A stretch of DNA of 64,000 nucleotides from an uncultured Chloroflexia bacterium (GCA_963728205.1 CAVSIV010000001.1:512001-576000), one strand, 5' to 3'. Counted from the stretch's first letter, positions 27,176 to 38,600 are shown. Translations and numbers: made by a program. The notes: generated by a model from the letters alone, not told the origin.

Positions 27176-28255
27176 GTGGATTCCGCCTCCCAGGCCGCGC
27201 TGACCGGTCTCTCGATCACGCTGGCATCCCTGCTCCCGCCGCCGGCGAGCCCCGCCTTCACGCCCGCGGTGAGCCTCGTGCGCGTCGACGTGCGGCCGAC
27301 CGGCGTGGGCGGATTCATCGCCTTCGCGCATGACCCGGAGGGCGAGGTCCTCGGGCGCCGGGTCGACGCGGACGCCGTGGTGACCACGCGAGCGCACACG
27401 CTCGAAGACCTCGACACCACCGTCCAGAACACCGTTGCCGCCGTGCTTGCCGCCGACCGGTCGACGCTGCGTGCGCAGGGCGTGCTCACGATCGCGCTGA
27501 CGGAGCTCGGCCCCAATCCGGCCGGACGGACCAACGGCGAGTTCGAGCGCAACCTCACCTTCCACGTGCTCTACGAGTTCCTCCAGCAGCCGACGGCCCC
27601 GTCGGGCGTGATCGACCGCATCCCGCTCGACATCGAGGTCGGGCGCGGCCAATCGAAGACGCTCATCGACACGACGTTCGGCGCCGGCTCGCTGGACCTG
27701 TTCGAGGTCGTCGACGACGCCGCCGCGACGACGTCGGCCCCCTCGGCCTGGGCCGTCAACGCGACCGAGGAGCGCATCGAGCAGACCTCGCGGATCCGCG
27801 GGGGCGGGACGACGGCGACCCCGAACAAGCCCGGCACCGCGCTGGTCCTCCGCTCGACGCCGGTGCTGCCGCCCGTGCGCGACTTCTCGCTGCGCGCGGA
27901 GGTCGCCGCCGGAGACATCGGCGGGATCGGCCTGGTCTTCCGCTGGCAGAACGCCGACAATTTCTACTTTTTTCTCATGGAGAGTCGGCGGGATTTCCGC
28001 ATGCTCGGGAAGAAGGTGGGGGGTGCGTTTGCGGCGTGGGACGCGCCGGCGGTCGACGCGACGCAGGGGTTCGCGGTCGACCAGGCGATCCAGGTGCGGG
28101 TCTCGATGGAGGGCGATGCCGCCCAGGCCTATCTCGACGGGCAGCGCGTGCTGGACGGGCGGGACGCCTCGCTCCCCGGCGCGGGTCGCGTGGGGTTCCT
28201 GAGCCGGGACTGCGCGGCCGCGTTCTTCGATCGCATCAACCTGAGCCAGTGGTAG
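27176..28255 (+). CDS. Putative tail cap/terminator (Pvc16/DUF4255-like) fused to a lectin-like beta-sandwich domain
   Basis: First gene before the sheath; C-terminal GIGLVFRWQNADNFYFF...GRVGF resembles ConA/TSP-C/DUF1080 folds; the N-terminal assignment is positional. Confidence 0.45.
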   Translation: MDSASQAALTGLSITLASLLPPPASPAFTPAVSLVRVDVRPTGVGGFIAFAHDPEGEVLGRRVDADAVVTTRAHTLEDLDTTVQNTVAAVLAADRSTLRAQGVLTIALTELGPNPAGRTNGEFERNLTFHVLYEFLQQPTAPSGVIDRIPLDIEVGRGQSKTLIDTTFGAGSLDLFEVVDDAAATTSAPSAWAVNATEERIEQTSRIRGGGTTATPNKPGTALVLRSTPVLPPVRDFSLRAEVAAGDIGGIGLVFRWQNADNFYFFLMESRRDFRMLGKKVGGAFAAWDAPAVDATQGFAVDQAIQVRVSMEGDAAQAYLDGQRVLDGRDASLPGAGRVGFLSRDCAAAFFDRINLSQW

Positions 28256-28286
28256 CGGCCCGCGGCGCGGGCGAAGGGGAGCCAGG

Positions 28287-29375
28287 ATGGCAGAGACATT
28301 CACGACCGCGGAGCTAGTGATCCCCGGGACGTACCTCCGCGTACGCGCCGAGGGTCTGATCGGCGTCGGCGGCATCTCCACCGGCAACGTGGGCATCGTC
28401 GGGACGGCCGCGCAGGCGATCGACGAGACGCACAACGTGAACGACTACGAGACGATGCGCACGGTCTTCGGTGCGTACGACGACTACGCCTCCGGCGCCG
28501 GCACGCTGAACCTGACGCGCGCGGCCGAGGTGCTCTTCCGCAACGGCGCCCGCAACGTCTACGCGCGCGGCCTGGCCGCCGGTGCCAACCAGTCGGCGTT
28601 CAGCGACGCCTTCGCGGAAGTCGTGAAGGAAAACGTCAACATCGTGATCGCGCCCGAGCTGTCGACGGATGATGCGCTCGCGGTGCTGGGGCCCGTGCTC
28701 GAGACGGCCGAGAACAGCAACCAGGACCTGATCGCGGTTGTCGGTTCGGACGCGACGGCGGTCACCGACATCGTCGCGCAGGTGCCGACGAACGACCGGA
28801 TCATCTTCACGGCGCCGGGGCTGCAGGCCTTCGACTCCGCGGCCGCGGGCGGCGCCGGGGCAAACGTCGAGCTCGACGGCCGCTACGGCGCGGCGGCGAT
28901 CGCCGGCCTCGTCAGCACGCTGACCCCGGAGTCCAGCCCCACGAACAAGGTGCTGCCCGGCGTCACGCGCCTCTCGCAGCGCTTCTCCTACGGCGAGCTG
29001 CGGCAGCTCGTGCAGAACCGCGTGCTCGCCATCGAGGAGCGGCGCGGCGTCCGCGTGGTGCGCGGGCTCACCAGCGACGACGGCGCGTTCCAGCAGGTGA
29101 CGACGCGCCGCATCACGGACTTCGCGAAGGCCGGCATCCGGCAGGCCGGCAATGCGTTCATCGGCAAGCTCAACAACCAGCGCGTGCGCAAGGCGCTGCA
29201 GGGCGCGATCGACGGATTCCTCACGACGATGGTCGTGGACGAGCAGCTGGTCGGCTACAGCCTGTCGGTGACGGCGACGCGGCGCGACGAGATCGAGGGC
29301 CGGGCCATCGTCAACGTCGTGATCCAGCCCACGTTCAGCATCGACTTCGTCGCGGTCACCCTGGTGCTGGAGTAG
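28287..29375 (+). CDS. Contractile tail sheath protein
   Basis: N-terminal IPGTYLRV...VGIVGTA; SPTNK.L; VRVVRGLT; VTTRRITD..FIGKLNN; C-terminal IQPTFSIDFV.VT. Confidence 0.92.
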   Translation: MAETFTTAELVIPGTYLRVRAEGLIGVGGISTGNVGIVGTAAQAIDETHNVNDYETMRTVFGAYDDYASGAGTLNLTRAAEVLFRNGARNVYARGLAAGANQSAFSDAFAEVVKENVNIVIAPELSTDDALAVLGPVLETAENSNQDLIAVVGSDATAVTDIVAQVPTNDRIIFTAPGLQAFDSAAAGGAGANVELDGRYGAAAIAGLVSTLTPESSPTNKVLPGVTRLSQRFSYGELRQLVQNRVLAIEERRGVRVVRGLTSDDGAFQQVTTRRITDFAKAGIRQAGNAFIGKLNNQRVRKALQGAIDGFLTTMVVDEQLVGYSLSVTATRRDEIEGRAIVNVVIQPTFSIDFVAVTLVLE

Positions 29376-29384
29376 GAGCGAGAG

Positions 29385-29891
29385 ATGGCAAACATGAACG
29401 TCTTCACCGGCGCCGACGGCTCGATCACGCTGTCGGCGGGACAGGGCACCGAGGGCGAGCGCGCCCAGGACGTGCTGACGGCGTACGACCTGATCGCGGT
29501 GGGGCGCGCGCAGAGCGTGCACGTCGAGGTGCACTCCGAGGTCCGCGCGTTCAACGAGATCGGTCAGCGCTACGCCACGCAGCTGCGGGCGGGCAACGTG
29601 ACCGTCTCCGGGACGATCGGTCGCGCGTACATCAACGGCGCGCTGCTCAAGCTGCTGCTCGGCGAGGCGGCCGACAGCCGGCCGGCCGCGAGCTGGGCGC
29701 AGCCGTCGTTCAACATCACCCTGCTCGCGCAGGACGCCGCGAACCCGGGGATCACGAGCACCGTGACGATCCACGACGTGAAGATCACGGACTGGGTTTA
29801 CGACATGCCCGAGGACGCCTTCGTGCTGGAGGACCTGCACTTCCAGGCGCTCTACCTGACGGTCGCCGACGAGGCGTCGGCGCCGGCTTGA
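29385..29891 (+). CDS. Tail tube protein
   Basis: 168 aa immediately after the sheath; VGRAQSV..EIGQR..GNVTVSGT; PEDAFVLEDLHFQA. Confidence 0.8.
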   Translation: MANMNVFTGADGSITLSAGQGTEGERAQDVLTAYDLIAVGRAQSVHVEVHSEVRAFNEIGQRYATQLRAGNVTVSGTIGRAYINGALLKLLLGEAADSRPAASWAQPSFNITLLAQDAANPGITSTVTIHDVKITDWVYDMPEDAFVLEDLHFQALYLTVADEASAPA

Positions 29892-29919
29892 TCGACCCCG
29901 GTCGCGGGGAGGGACGCGC

Positions 29920-30402
29920 ATGCTTTCGGCCGACCAGATCCTCGCTGGCAGCGCGCTGACGTTCGCGGTGGAGGTGCCCGAGCGGCTCCTCGCGCTCGAC
30001 GGCGCGCTCCCGCCGGAGGGCGAGGCGCGGAGCGTGCGCCTGCGCCCGCTGAGCGTCGGCGACCTCCAGCTCGTGATGCGGGCCGCGGAGGAGAGCGACT
30101 CGCTGCTCGCGACGCTGATGGTGCAGCGCGCACTCGTCGAACCCGCGCTCAGCGTCGCCCAGGTGGCGACGCTCCCGGTCGGGCTCGCGCAGTTCCTGCT
30201 CGCGCGCGTGAACGAGCTGAGCGGGATCACCGCCGCCGCGGACGAGCTGGCGGCGGCGGTCGAGGACCCGCTCGTGCGGGCGGCCTATGCCCTGTCGCGC
30301 GAGTTCGGCTGGACGCCGCAGCAGATCAACGAGCTCACGCTGGGGCAGATCCTGATCCACCTCCGGCTCATCGGCGAGCACGCGGGCGATGACGGCGCGT
30401 GA
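29920..30402 (+). CDS. Tail assembly chaperone-like protein
   Basis: VRLRPLSVGDL...ALVEPALS.....LP.G....L...V.ELSG, plus a C-terminal FGWTPQQINELT tail; position after the tube. Confidence 0.7.
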   Translation: MLSADQILAGSALTFAVEVPERLLALDGALPPEGEARSVRLRPLSVGDLQLVMRAAEESDSLLATLMVQRALVEPALSVAQVATLPVGLAQFLLARVNELSGITAAADELAAAVEDPLVRAAYALSREFGWTPQQINELTLGQILIHLRLIGEHAGDDGA

Positions 30403-31588
30403 CCCCGTCCGCGACGCCGGGGAGCCGGCGGTGCTTCGCGCACGCGTGCTGCTCGCCGCGCTGCGCTCCCCCGCGCCCAGGGCGCGCGCCGCGCTTCGCG
30501 CCGTCGACGACCTGCGTGCGCTGAGCGAGCCCGGCCCGGCGTCGACGCTCGGCGGCTTCGCGCCGTTCGCGTCGCTTGCGGGCGTGGCCGAGGCGTCCGT
30601 CGGGACGCCGCCCGGCATGCCCCCCGGCGCCCCCGCGCCCGAGCGCGCGCCCCGCGCGCGCTCGGCGTCGGCGGCCACGTCGCTGCCCCCGCGCGCGTCG
30701 ACGTTCTCGCCGCCCCCCGGGTTCCGGGTGCCGGGCGTGCCGGGCGGCGCCGAGGTCTCCCGGCCGGGTGCTCCGACGGCGGCCAGCGCCGCCGCCTCGG
30801 CTCCGCGCTCCACGGAAGCCGGCGCAGCTGCGGGCTCGTCGCGTGCCGCCGGCACACCGCCGCGTCCGGCCCCGGTCGCGTCGCGCGCCGCACCGGGAGC
30901 GGCCCCCCGGCCAACGACGCCCACCCCGGCCGCGTCCCGTCCCGACGCGCGCGGCGCCCCCGCGCCCATGGGACCGCCGTCGGCGGCGGCGTCGCACGCG
31001 TCCGCGCGGCTGGCCCGCGACGACGGCGCCGCACGGCCGTTCGCGGCGACCTTCGCGCCGCCGGGCTCGCCGGCACCCGCAGCCGGCCGCCCGTCACCCG
31101 CACCATCGCCGCGCCCGGACGCGCTCCCGCCGCAGATGCGCGCACTGCTCGCGGAGCTCGTCGACGCCGCCCTGCGCGGCTCCGCCGGCGCCGGCGCGCG
31201 GCCGCGCGCCGGGAACGGGCGCGCGCGAGCGCGCGCGCCGTTCGGCGCTGCACCCGAGTCCGGGCCGGCATCGCCCGCGCCGGCGGCGCGCGCGCCGGGC
31301 GATGCCGCCGCGGCCACCCGGCGCGGCGGCCGCTCCTTCGCGCCGGCGCACGCCGCTCCTGCCACGGCGCTCGGCGCCGATGCCGAGAACCCGGCCGGCA
31401 CCCGCCCCGGCGCCGGCCGCGAGCGTCAGTCCCCGCTCGCGCCGTCAGCTCCCGCAGCGACGGCCAACGACTCGGCTGCGATCAACCGCGCGATCGCGGC
31501 GGGCCAGTCCGACCCGCGGGCCCTCGCCGCGCTCGTCAACGACGCGCTGATCGAGCAGGCACGCCGGCACGGGGTGGATCTCTCGTGA
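30389..31588 (+). CDS. Low-complexity Pro/Ala-rich protein of the tail locus
   Basis: Overlaps both neighbours (14 nt and GTGA); ordered C-terminal helix ALVNDALIEQARRHGVDLS; middle is probably disordered. Confidence 0.55.
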   Translation: MTARDPVRDAGEPAVLRARVLLAALRSPAPRARAALRAVDDLRALSEPGPASTLGGFAPFASLAGVAEASVGTPPGMPPGAPAPERAPRARSASAATSLPPRASTFSPPPGFRVPGVPGGAEVSRPGAPTAASAAASAPRSTEAGAAAGSSRAAGTPPRPAPVASRAAPGAAPRPTTPTPAASRPDARGAPAPMGPPSAAASHASARLARDDGAARPFAATFAPPGSPAPAAGRPSPAPSPRPDALPPQMRALLAELVDAALRGSAGAGARPRAGNGRARARAPFGAAPESGPASPAPAARAPGDAAAATRRGGRSFAPAHAAPATALGADAENPAGTRPGAGRERQSPLAPSAPAATANDSAAINRAIAAGQSDPRALAALVNDALIEQARRHGVDLS

Positions 31589-32185
31589 ACGTGCGACCGG
31601 TGCTGGGCGACTGGGAGATCCCCCGCGTCGATCTCGATCGAGGCGGACGAGCGACGCCGCCTCGTCGAGCTCGCCGTGCCGGGGCGCGTGGGGAGCCTCT
31701 ACCAGGATCTCAGCAGCGAGCCGACGCGCATCGTCATCCGCGGCAGCATCTTCGGGGACGAGGACCGCGACGACTTCCTCCAGCAGGTGCGCGGGAAGTT
31801 CCAGGACGGCGCGCCGGTCACCTTCGTTGCCGACATCGTGACGGCGACGCAGGTCCAGTACGTCGTGATCGAGACGCTTGAGTTCTGGGAGAGCGGCGGG
31901 CGCCCCGACGAGCTCGCGTACCACATCGAGCTGCGCGAGAGCCCGCCGCCGCCGCCGCCGCCCGATCCGCTCGGCGGGCTCGACGCCGGCCTCCTCGACC
32001 AGGCGGCGGGCTTCCTCGACACGGTCACGGGCGCGCTCGACGTGATCGACGGGCTTGGCAACGTGCCCGATCTCGCCGACCCGACGCCCCCGCTGCACGG
32101 CGCCGTCTCCGGCGTCACCGACGCGATGAGCGGCCTGGGCGACGCGCTCGGCCCGCTGCGCGACGTGTTCGGGAGCGACTCGTGA
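31585..32185 (+). CDS. Tube-initiator / DNA-circularisation-N-like protein with an apparent +1 frameshift near 31635
   Basis: MNVRPVLGDWEIPRV/IEADERRRLVELAVPGRVGSLYQDLSSEPTRIVIRG resembles the Mu gpN-like N-terminus. Confidence 0.6.
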
Positions 32186-32222
32186 TCGCCCCGGCGCGCC
32201 GCACGCGCGGGAGGAGCCGCTG

Positions 32223-35200
32223 ATGCCGGACGGCACGCTCACGGTCAGCCTGAACGACCTGCAGGGGGCGCTGAGCGGGGTGGTCGGTCTGCTCGGCGAG
32301 GCCGACGCGAGCGGCGGCGGGACGAAGTTCGCCGGCGCCGCGAACGTCGCGAGCGCCGCGCCCGGCGACCAGGTGCAGCAGTTCGGCGCCACCTTCACGG
32401 CGCAGGCGCAGGGGGCGCTCAGCTTCGACCCCGGCGCGATCGACCAGGCGACGACGCTGCTGACCCAGCTGCAGTCGCAGCCGGGCGTGCCGACCGATGC
32501 CCTCGATCACTTCGTGGAGCGGCTGACCACCGCCGGCGACGCCTTCGGCGGCGACCTCGTCGGACACATCGAGGGCGCGCTGACCGCGATCCGCGGGCTC
32601 TCCGGCGGCATCCCGACCGATCGCACGGCGGTCGTGAGCGCCCTGCTCGATCAGATCCTCTCGGTGATCGGCGCGCTCGACGGCCCCGAGGCCGCGCAGA
32701 TCCGCGCGTGGGCGCAGTCGGTGCAGGAGATGCTTCGCCTCGTCGGGCCGCTGATCGAGCAGGCGAGCGCCGCCGGCGACCCGTCGTCGATCGCGGTCGC
32801 CGTCAGCCGGCGCGCGCTCGAGAGCGCGCTCGAGGTCTTCGGATTCCCGCAGGTGCAGCGCCTGCTCACGCTCTTCGACGAGTTCCCGCTGAACGCGCTG
32901 CCGTCGGCCCAGCTCGACGCGACCGGCGGCGCGCTCACCACCGTCTCGGCCGGCTACACGGCGCTCGCCGGGCTGGCATCCGCCCCGTACCCGCAGTTCC
33001 GCGACCAGGCCGTGGCGCTTGCGGCCGACATGGAGGCGCTGCGCGTCGCGCTGCGGCCGGTGCTCGGCGGCATCCGCCGCGTCGCCGACGCGCCGATCCT
33101 GCAGCCGGGCGCGCTCGAGGCGTTCCTGCGCCAGCACATCGACGAGGCGCTCGGCGTCCAGGTCACCGAGGCGCAGCGCATCGACGACCCGTTCCAGGCG
33201 CTCTTCGACCGCATCGACGCCGCCATCGACGGCATCGACCTCTCGGCGGTGCGCGACTCGGTGCTCGGCTTCTTCGAGCAGACGCGCAGCGCGATCGAGC
33301 AGCTCGACGTCCCGTCGCTCGCCGACACGCTCGCGACGCAGCTCCAGGCCGTCGACGGGGTGATCGGGGATCTCGAGTCCGGCGTGACCGGGACGCTCGA
33401 CGAGGTGCGGTCGTTCTTCGACGACGCGACCGCGCAGGTGCACACGCTCGCCGAGCAGGTCGGCAGCTTTGCCGGCGACGGCAGCTTCCACTTCGACGCC
33501 GAGGCGCAGCTGCGCGGCGCGCTCGTCGCGGCGCGCACCGCGATCGGCGGCGATCCCGCGAACCCGTCGGCGCCGAGCGTGCGCGGCACGCTCGAGCAGT
33601 TCCGCGACACGCTCGACGGCTTCCTCGGCCAGATCAACACGCTCCTCGGCGGCGTCGCCGGCGAGATCGACGGCGTGCGCAGCGCCGCCGTCGACGGCGT
33701 GAACGCGTTCCGCGACTTCGTCACGGGCCTCGACCTGCCGGGCAAGGTCGAGACGCTGCGCGACCAGGTGCAGGCGATCCTCGACCAGCTCGGGCCGATC
33801 GACTTCTCGGCGGTGGTCGACCCGGTCGTCGAGGGCATCAACGACAACACCGGCAAGCTGCGCGACATCGACACGTCGTCGCTCAACGAGCTGCTGCGGC
33901 AGGCGCTCGCGGCGGCGCTCGACGTCGTGATCAGCATCGACTTCACCGCCGACATCAGCGCGCCGCTCGACGAGGAGTTCCAGGCCGCGAAGGACGCCGC
34001 CGCGCAGCCGGTGGCCGAGCTGCAGCGACGCTACGAGGACGCCGTCGCTCAGCTCGACCAGCTGAGCCCCACGCAGCTGCTGGAGGGGCTCTTCCACGCC
34101 TTCGACACGATCGACGCGGCCGTCGGATCGCTCGATCTCACGAATCTGCTCGCGCCGCTCGACGCGCTGCACACGCAGTACCTCGTCGATCCCGTCGCCG
34201 CCCTCAAGCCGTCGACGCTGCTCCAGCCCGTGGTCGACGCGCAGCGCGCGGTCGTCGACCAGTTCGCATCGATCGACCCCGCGGCGCTGATCGCGCCGTT
34301 GACCGGGCAGCTCGACGCGTTCAAGTCCCAGGTCGCCGCGTTCGACGTCGCGCAGCCGGTCGAGGACCTGCGGCAGGCGGTCGCGAAGGTGCGATCGGAC
34401 ATCGGCGACCTGCACCCGTCCGACCTGCTCCAGCCGCTCGTCGACGACTTCGCGCGGCTCGAGGGGCTGCTCGACCAGTTGAGCCCCTCGGTGCTGATGG
34501 CGCCGGCCGCGCAGCTCGCGACCCCGCTGCTCGCCCTGCTCGATCGTGCCGACGAGGCGCTGATCACGGCGCTCCACGACCTCTTCCAGGCGCCGCTCGC
34601 CGCGCTCGACCGGCTGCGCCCGAGCACGCTCGCGCAGGAGCTCTCCGACAAGCTGAACCAGGTGATCGCGGCGATCCGCGGCATGAACCTGGCGTCGCGC
34701 TTCAACCAGCTGAAGGGCGCCCACTTCGACCTCATGGCGTCGGTGCAGGCGGGCGGAAGCCAGGCGCACCTCGGGTTGGTGATGATCCTCGACCCGCAGC
34801 GGCAGCTCGGCGCGATCGTCGACGCGCACAACGCGCTGCTCACGCGGCTCGAGCAGATCCGGGACGCGCTCGTCTTCCCCGACCTCGAGCCGCTCTTCGA
34901 GCAGGTGCAGACGCGGATGCTCGCGATGCTCCCGCCCTATGCCCGCGAGCTGCTCGACCGGGACACGTTCCTGCGCGTGATGCGGCTCGCCGACCCGACG
35001 CGCTTCCTCGGCGAGCTCGACACGCGCTTCCAGGCGCTGAAGGACAAGCTGATCCCGATCCGACCCGCCGACATCGCGGCGGAGCTCGACGCGTCGTACA
35101 ACGCGCTGCTCGCGGTCGTCGACGGGCTCGACATCGACGCGGCGCTGGGTCGCATCACCGACACGCTGAACCGCATCAAGGGCGTCGTCGCCGGCGTGCG

Positions 35201-35654
35201 CATCGACTTCGTGGCCGGCGATCTGCAGCACGCGTTGGACGACCTGCGTGCGGTGCTCGCGGCGCTCGACATCTCGCCGCTGCTCGATGAGCTCGACGGC
35301 ATCCACGGCGAGGTCGTGTCGGTGGTCGAGGAGACGCGGCCGTCGACGCTGCTCTCGAGCCTCGGCGCCACGCTCGCGACGGTGCAGGGCATCGTCTCGA
35401 GCGTGAACCCGCGCACGGCGCTGGGCGGGCCGCTGTCCGACGCGTGGAGCGCGGTGGAGGACGCGCTCGCCGGCGTCGACTTCTCGGTGCTGCTGCAGCC
35501 GCTGATCGACAAGCTCGACGAGCTCGAGGCGGCGTTCCGCGCCGCGCTCCAGCGCGTCGAGTCGGCGTTCGACGCGATGCTCAGCGCCGGCCGCGGCGCG
35601 CTCGCCGGGGGCGGCGGCGCCGGTGCCGCCGCGGGGGCAGGGGTGTCGCTGTGA
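32223..35654 (+). CDS. Tape-measure-like alpha-helical repeat protein (1143 aa)
   Basis: All-helical amphipathic sequence with recurring LxPxxLLxPL motifs; position between tube and baseplate genes; GAGGAG RBS. Confidence 0.6.
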   Translation: MPDGTLTVSLNDLQGALSGVVGLLGEADASGGGTKFAGAANVASAAPGDQVQQFGATFTAQAQGALSFDPGAIDQATTLLTQLQSQPGVPTDALDHFVERLTTAGDAFGGDLVGHIEGALTAIRGLSGGIPTDRTAVVSALLDQILSVIGALDGPEAAQIRAWAQSVQEMLRLVGPLIEQASAAGDPSSIAVAVSRRALESALEVFGFPQVQRLLTLFDEFPLNALPSAQLDATGGALTTVSAGYTALAGLASAPYPQFRDQAVALAADMEALRVALRPVLGGIRRVADAPILQPGALEAFLRQHIDEALGVQVTEAQRIDDPFQALFDRIDAAIDGIDLSAVRDSVLGFFEQTRSAIEQLDVPSLADTLATQLQAVDGVIGDLESGVTGTLDEVRSFFDDATAQVHTLAEQVGSFAGDGSFHFDAEAQLRGALVAARTAIGGDPANPSAPSVRGTLEQFRDTLDGFLGQINTLLGGVAGEIDGVRSAAVDGVNAFRDFVTGLDLPGKVETLRDQVQAILDQLGPIDFSAVVDPVVEGINDNTGKLRDIDTSSLNELLRQALAAALDVVISIDFTADISAPLDEEFQAAKDAAAQPVAELQRRYEDAVAQLDQLSPTQLLEGLFHAFDTIDAAVGSLDLTNLLAPLDALHTQYLVDPVAALKPSTLLQPVVDAQRAVVDQFASIDPAALIAPLTGQLDAFKSQVAAFDVAQPVEDLRQAVAKVRSDIGDLHPSDLLQPLVDDFARLEGLLDQLSPSVLMAPAAQLATPLLALLDRADEALITALHDLFQAPLAALDRLRPSTLAQELSDKLNQVIAAIRGMNLASRFNQLKGAHFDLMASVQAGGSQAHLGLVMILDPQRQLGAIVDAHNALLTRLEQIRDALVFPDLEPLFEQVQTRMLAMLPPYARELLDRDTFLRVMRLADPTRFLGELDTRFQALKDKLIPIRPADIAAELDASYNALLAVVDGLDIDAALGRITDTLNRIKGVVAGVRIDFVAGDLQHALDDLRAVLAALDISPLLDELDGIHGEVVSVVEETRPSTLLSSLGATLATVQGIVSSVNPRTALGGPLSDAWSAVEDALAGVDFSVLLQPLIDKLDELEAAFRAALQRVESAFDAMLSAGRGALAGGGGAGAAAGAGVSL

Positions 35655-35673
35655 TGTCGCGGGAGGTGCGCTC

Positions 35674-38600
35674 GTGGCTGACGTGACCACCACCGTGCAC
35701 GTGCGCGTGTCCGCGTTCGACCCCGCGCAGCGCGCGCTGATCCCCGTGCCCGGTGCCGGCGTGCTCGTGGAGGATCGCGGCTGGCTGTGGGACCCCGATC
35801 TCTCGACGGGCAGCGACACCACGGACGCGTCGGGGCTCGTCGCGATCCCCATCACCTACGACGACGCCGGCGCCGACAAGCTCAACCCGTACTTCACGGT
35901 GAGCGTCCCCGCGGGCGTGCGGTCGGTGCCGGCCGGCGCCGACGCCGATCACACGTTCACGCTGCCCGACGAGTGGCAGACCCGCCACTACGTGACGCGG
36001 CGCGCGCGCAACATCCTCGACCACGCCGATCCGGGCAGCCCGCTCGAGATCTTCGTCGGCCTCCCGGCTCACCTGCGCGTCGCCTACTCGGACTTCGACG
36101 CCTCCGGCCGGCGCAACCCGTTCGCGCTGCCCGAGCACACCGCGCGCGTCCACCTCGCGGACTACGACACCTTCCTCTTCATCGACTTCCTCAACCCGGA
36201 CGACACGCTCACGGGCGTCGGCTACGACATCCCGGGCGACCGCATCGTCCCGGCCGGCGATCACGACGCGTACCCGTACTGCGACCTCTGGCCGACGGCG
36301 CCCTGCGCGCTCGACGGCGACCCGGGCCCCGATCCGCGCGCCTGGACCGACCCGCCGCGCTCACCGGTCGGCACGCTCGGCGGCGGCAGCTTCGACGCCG
36401 TCGGGCCGGTCGCGGTCGACGGGCACGGGTTCGTGTTCATGGTCGACGGCGGCGTCGTGCGCCGCTTCTACCCCGACGGCACGCTCTGCGAGACGATCCC
36501 GGCGCCGCCGTCCGGCGCGTTCAGCACGCCCGGCGGGCTCGCGCTCGATCGGAACCGCACGCTTTTCGTCGCGGACACCGGCAACGATCGCGTCGTCGTC
36601 TACACGCCCGACTGGCTCGACGGCGGCAGCGGGCGCTACGTCCACCTCACCGACGTCGGCAGCACGGGCACCGGCCCCCGCCAGTTCGATCACCCGGCGG
36701 GCCTGTGCGTGGTGCCGAACCGCGTGGTCGACGGCGCCGAGCTGCTCGCGGTCGCGGACCCCGGGAACCATCGCGTGCAGGTCTTCGGCATCGACGTTCT
36801 CGGCGCCGACTCCTCCGCGTCCCTGCAGGCGCAGCGCGCATTCTCGGTCGGCCTCTCGTTCGTCACGCAGTTCGGCGCCGCCGGCTCGGGCGCCGGCCAG
36901 TTCCAGGAGCCGGTCGGCGTATCGGCCGATCGCGATCGACGGCTGTTCGTCTGCGACCGGCAGCTGCACCGCGTGTCGCGCTGGACGCCGAACGGGAGTG
37001 CGACCACCTACACGCACGACGTCGACTGGGAGAAGAGCGGCGGCGGCAGCGGCGGTGGAGACGGCGAGTTCGACACCCCCGAGGGGATCGCCGTCGACGT
37101 GAAGAACCGCACCGTGTACGTCGCGGAGTCGGGCAACGGGCGCGTGCAGCGGCTCGACGCCGACTCGGGTGCGCACCTCGTGCACTGGATCGACGCCGAC
37201 ATCGCGGCGCTGGCCGGCGCGCTGGTCCCGCGCGGCGTCGCGGCGGACGCGCGCGGCGACGTCTACGTCGCCGACGGCGGGAACGGCCGCGTGGTGCGCG
37301 CTACGCCATTCGACCTCGACGGCACCCCGCGCGCCGACGGCGACGCGCCGCGCGTCGTGGCCTCGCCGTGGACGCCGCGCACCGAGCCCGACCACATGCG
37401 CGGGCCGGCGTACGTCGCCTTCGCGCCCGACGGCGCGCTGTGGGTGTCGGACACCGGGAACGATCGCGTGCTCGTCTACGCCCTGCACGAGGCCGCCCCG
37501 CCGGACGCGCCGGTCGTGGTGACGGACGGGCTCGCGCAGCCGGCCGGCATCGCGTTCGCTCCGGACGGCGCCGCGTTCGTGGTCGACGCCGGCAACGACC
37601 GCGTGCTCCCGTTCGACGCGTCGCGGGCGCCGCAGACCGCGCTCGGCGCGTCGGGCTCGGGCGCCGGCCAGTTCAGCCACCCGGCCGGCGTCGCATATGC
37701 GCAGCGCGCGACGCCGCTCCTGCTCGTCGCCGACCGCGGGAACGATCGCGTGCAGGTGCTCCAGGCGGACGGCACGTTCCTCGCGCCGATCACCACCGAC
37801 GGCACCACGGCGCTCTCCGCGCCGGAGGACGTCGCGGTCAACGACGCCGGGCAGGTGTTCGTCGCCGACACGGCGAACGGCCGGATCGTCCGCTTCGCCC
37901 TGCAGGCGGACGGCACCACGGTATTCGAGCGCGCCTTCCCGGTGCCGTCTCGCGCGGTGCCGGTCGTCGCGCCGTCGCCGTCGGGGGTCGCGTGGGGGCC
38001 GGACGGGTTCCTGCTCGTCACCGACCGCGCGCAGGAGATGGTGTTCCGGCTCAGCGCCGACGGGGATCTCGACGCGCACTGGGACCTCCGCGCGCTGCTC
38101 GGCCTGAGCGCCGGCAGCGGCGGCGCCCCCGACGTCATCTACCGGCCGGAGCTGGCGCGCCAGGTGCTGCTGTCCGCGCCCGCGCGCGCGGTGCTCAACG
38201 ACCGCGGGGTGATGGCGATCGCCGACGCCGGCCACGACCGGGTGCGGCTCGTGCGCGTCTTCAGCGACATCCGTGTCGAGCTCTTCGACCTCGGCGAAGG
38301 GCTGCCCGACATCTCGCTGCGCGCGATCACGAAGAACGACTGGCGCGCCGATCTCGGGCTGGAGCTCAACGTCGGCGACGTCAGCATCTTCGACGAGTCC
38401 CAGGATTTCGAGACGGAGCCCGAGGACGATTTCTCGGGTGACCGCTACGAGCGGTGGGAGGTGATCCGCGAGCGCAACGGATCGAACGCCGCGATCAACG
38501 TGATGCGGCTCGTCCGGCTCGTCCAGACCTGGTACCGCGAGCAGACGCGGCAGGATGACGCGGATCACCGCTGGGGCACCTCCGATCACGCGCGCACGCT

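Noticed and set aside
30300-30402. Programmed G/GT-type frameshift in the tail chaperone
   Set aside because: No X-XXY-YYZ slippery heptamer seen; the downstream ORF has its own ATG
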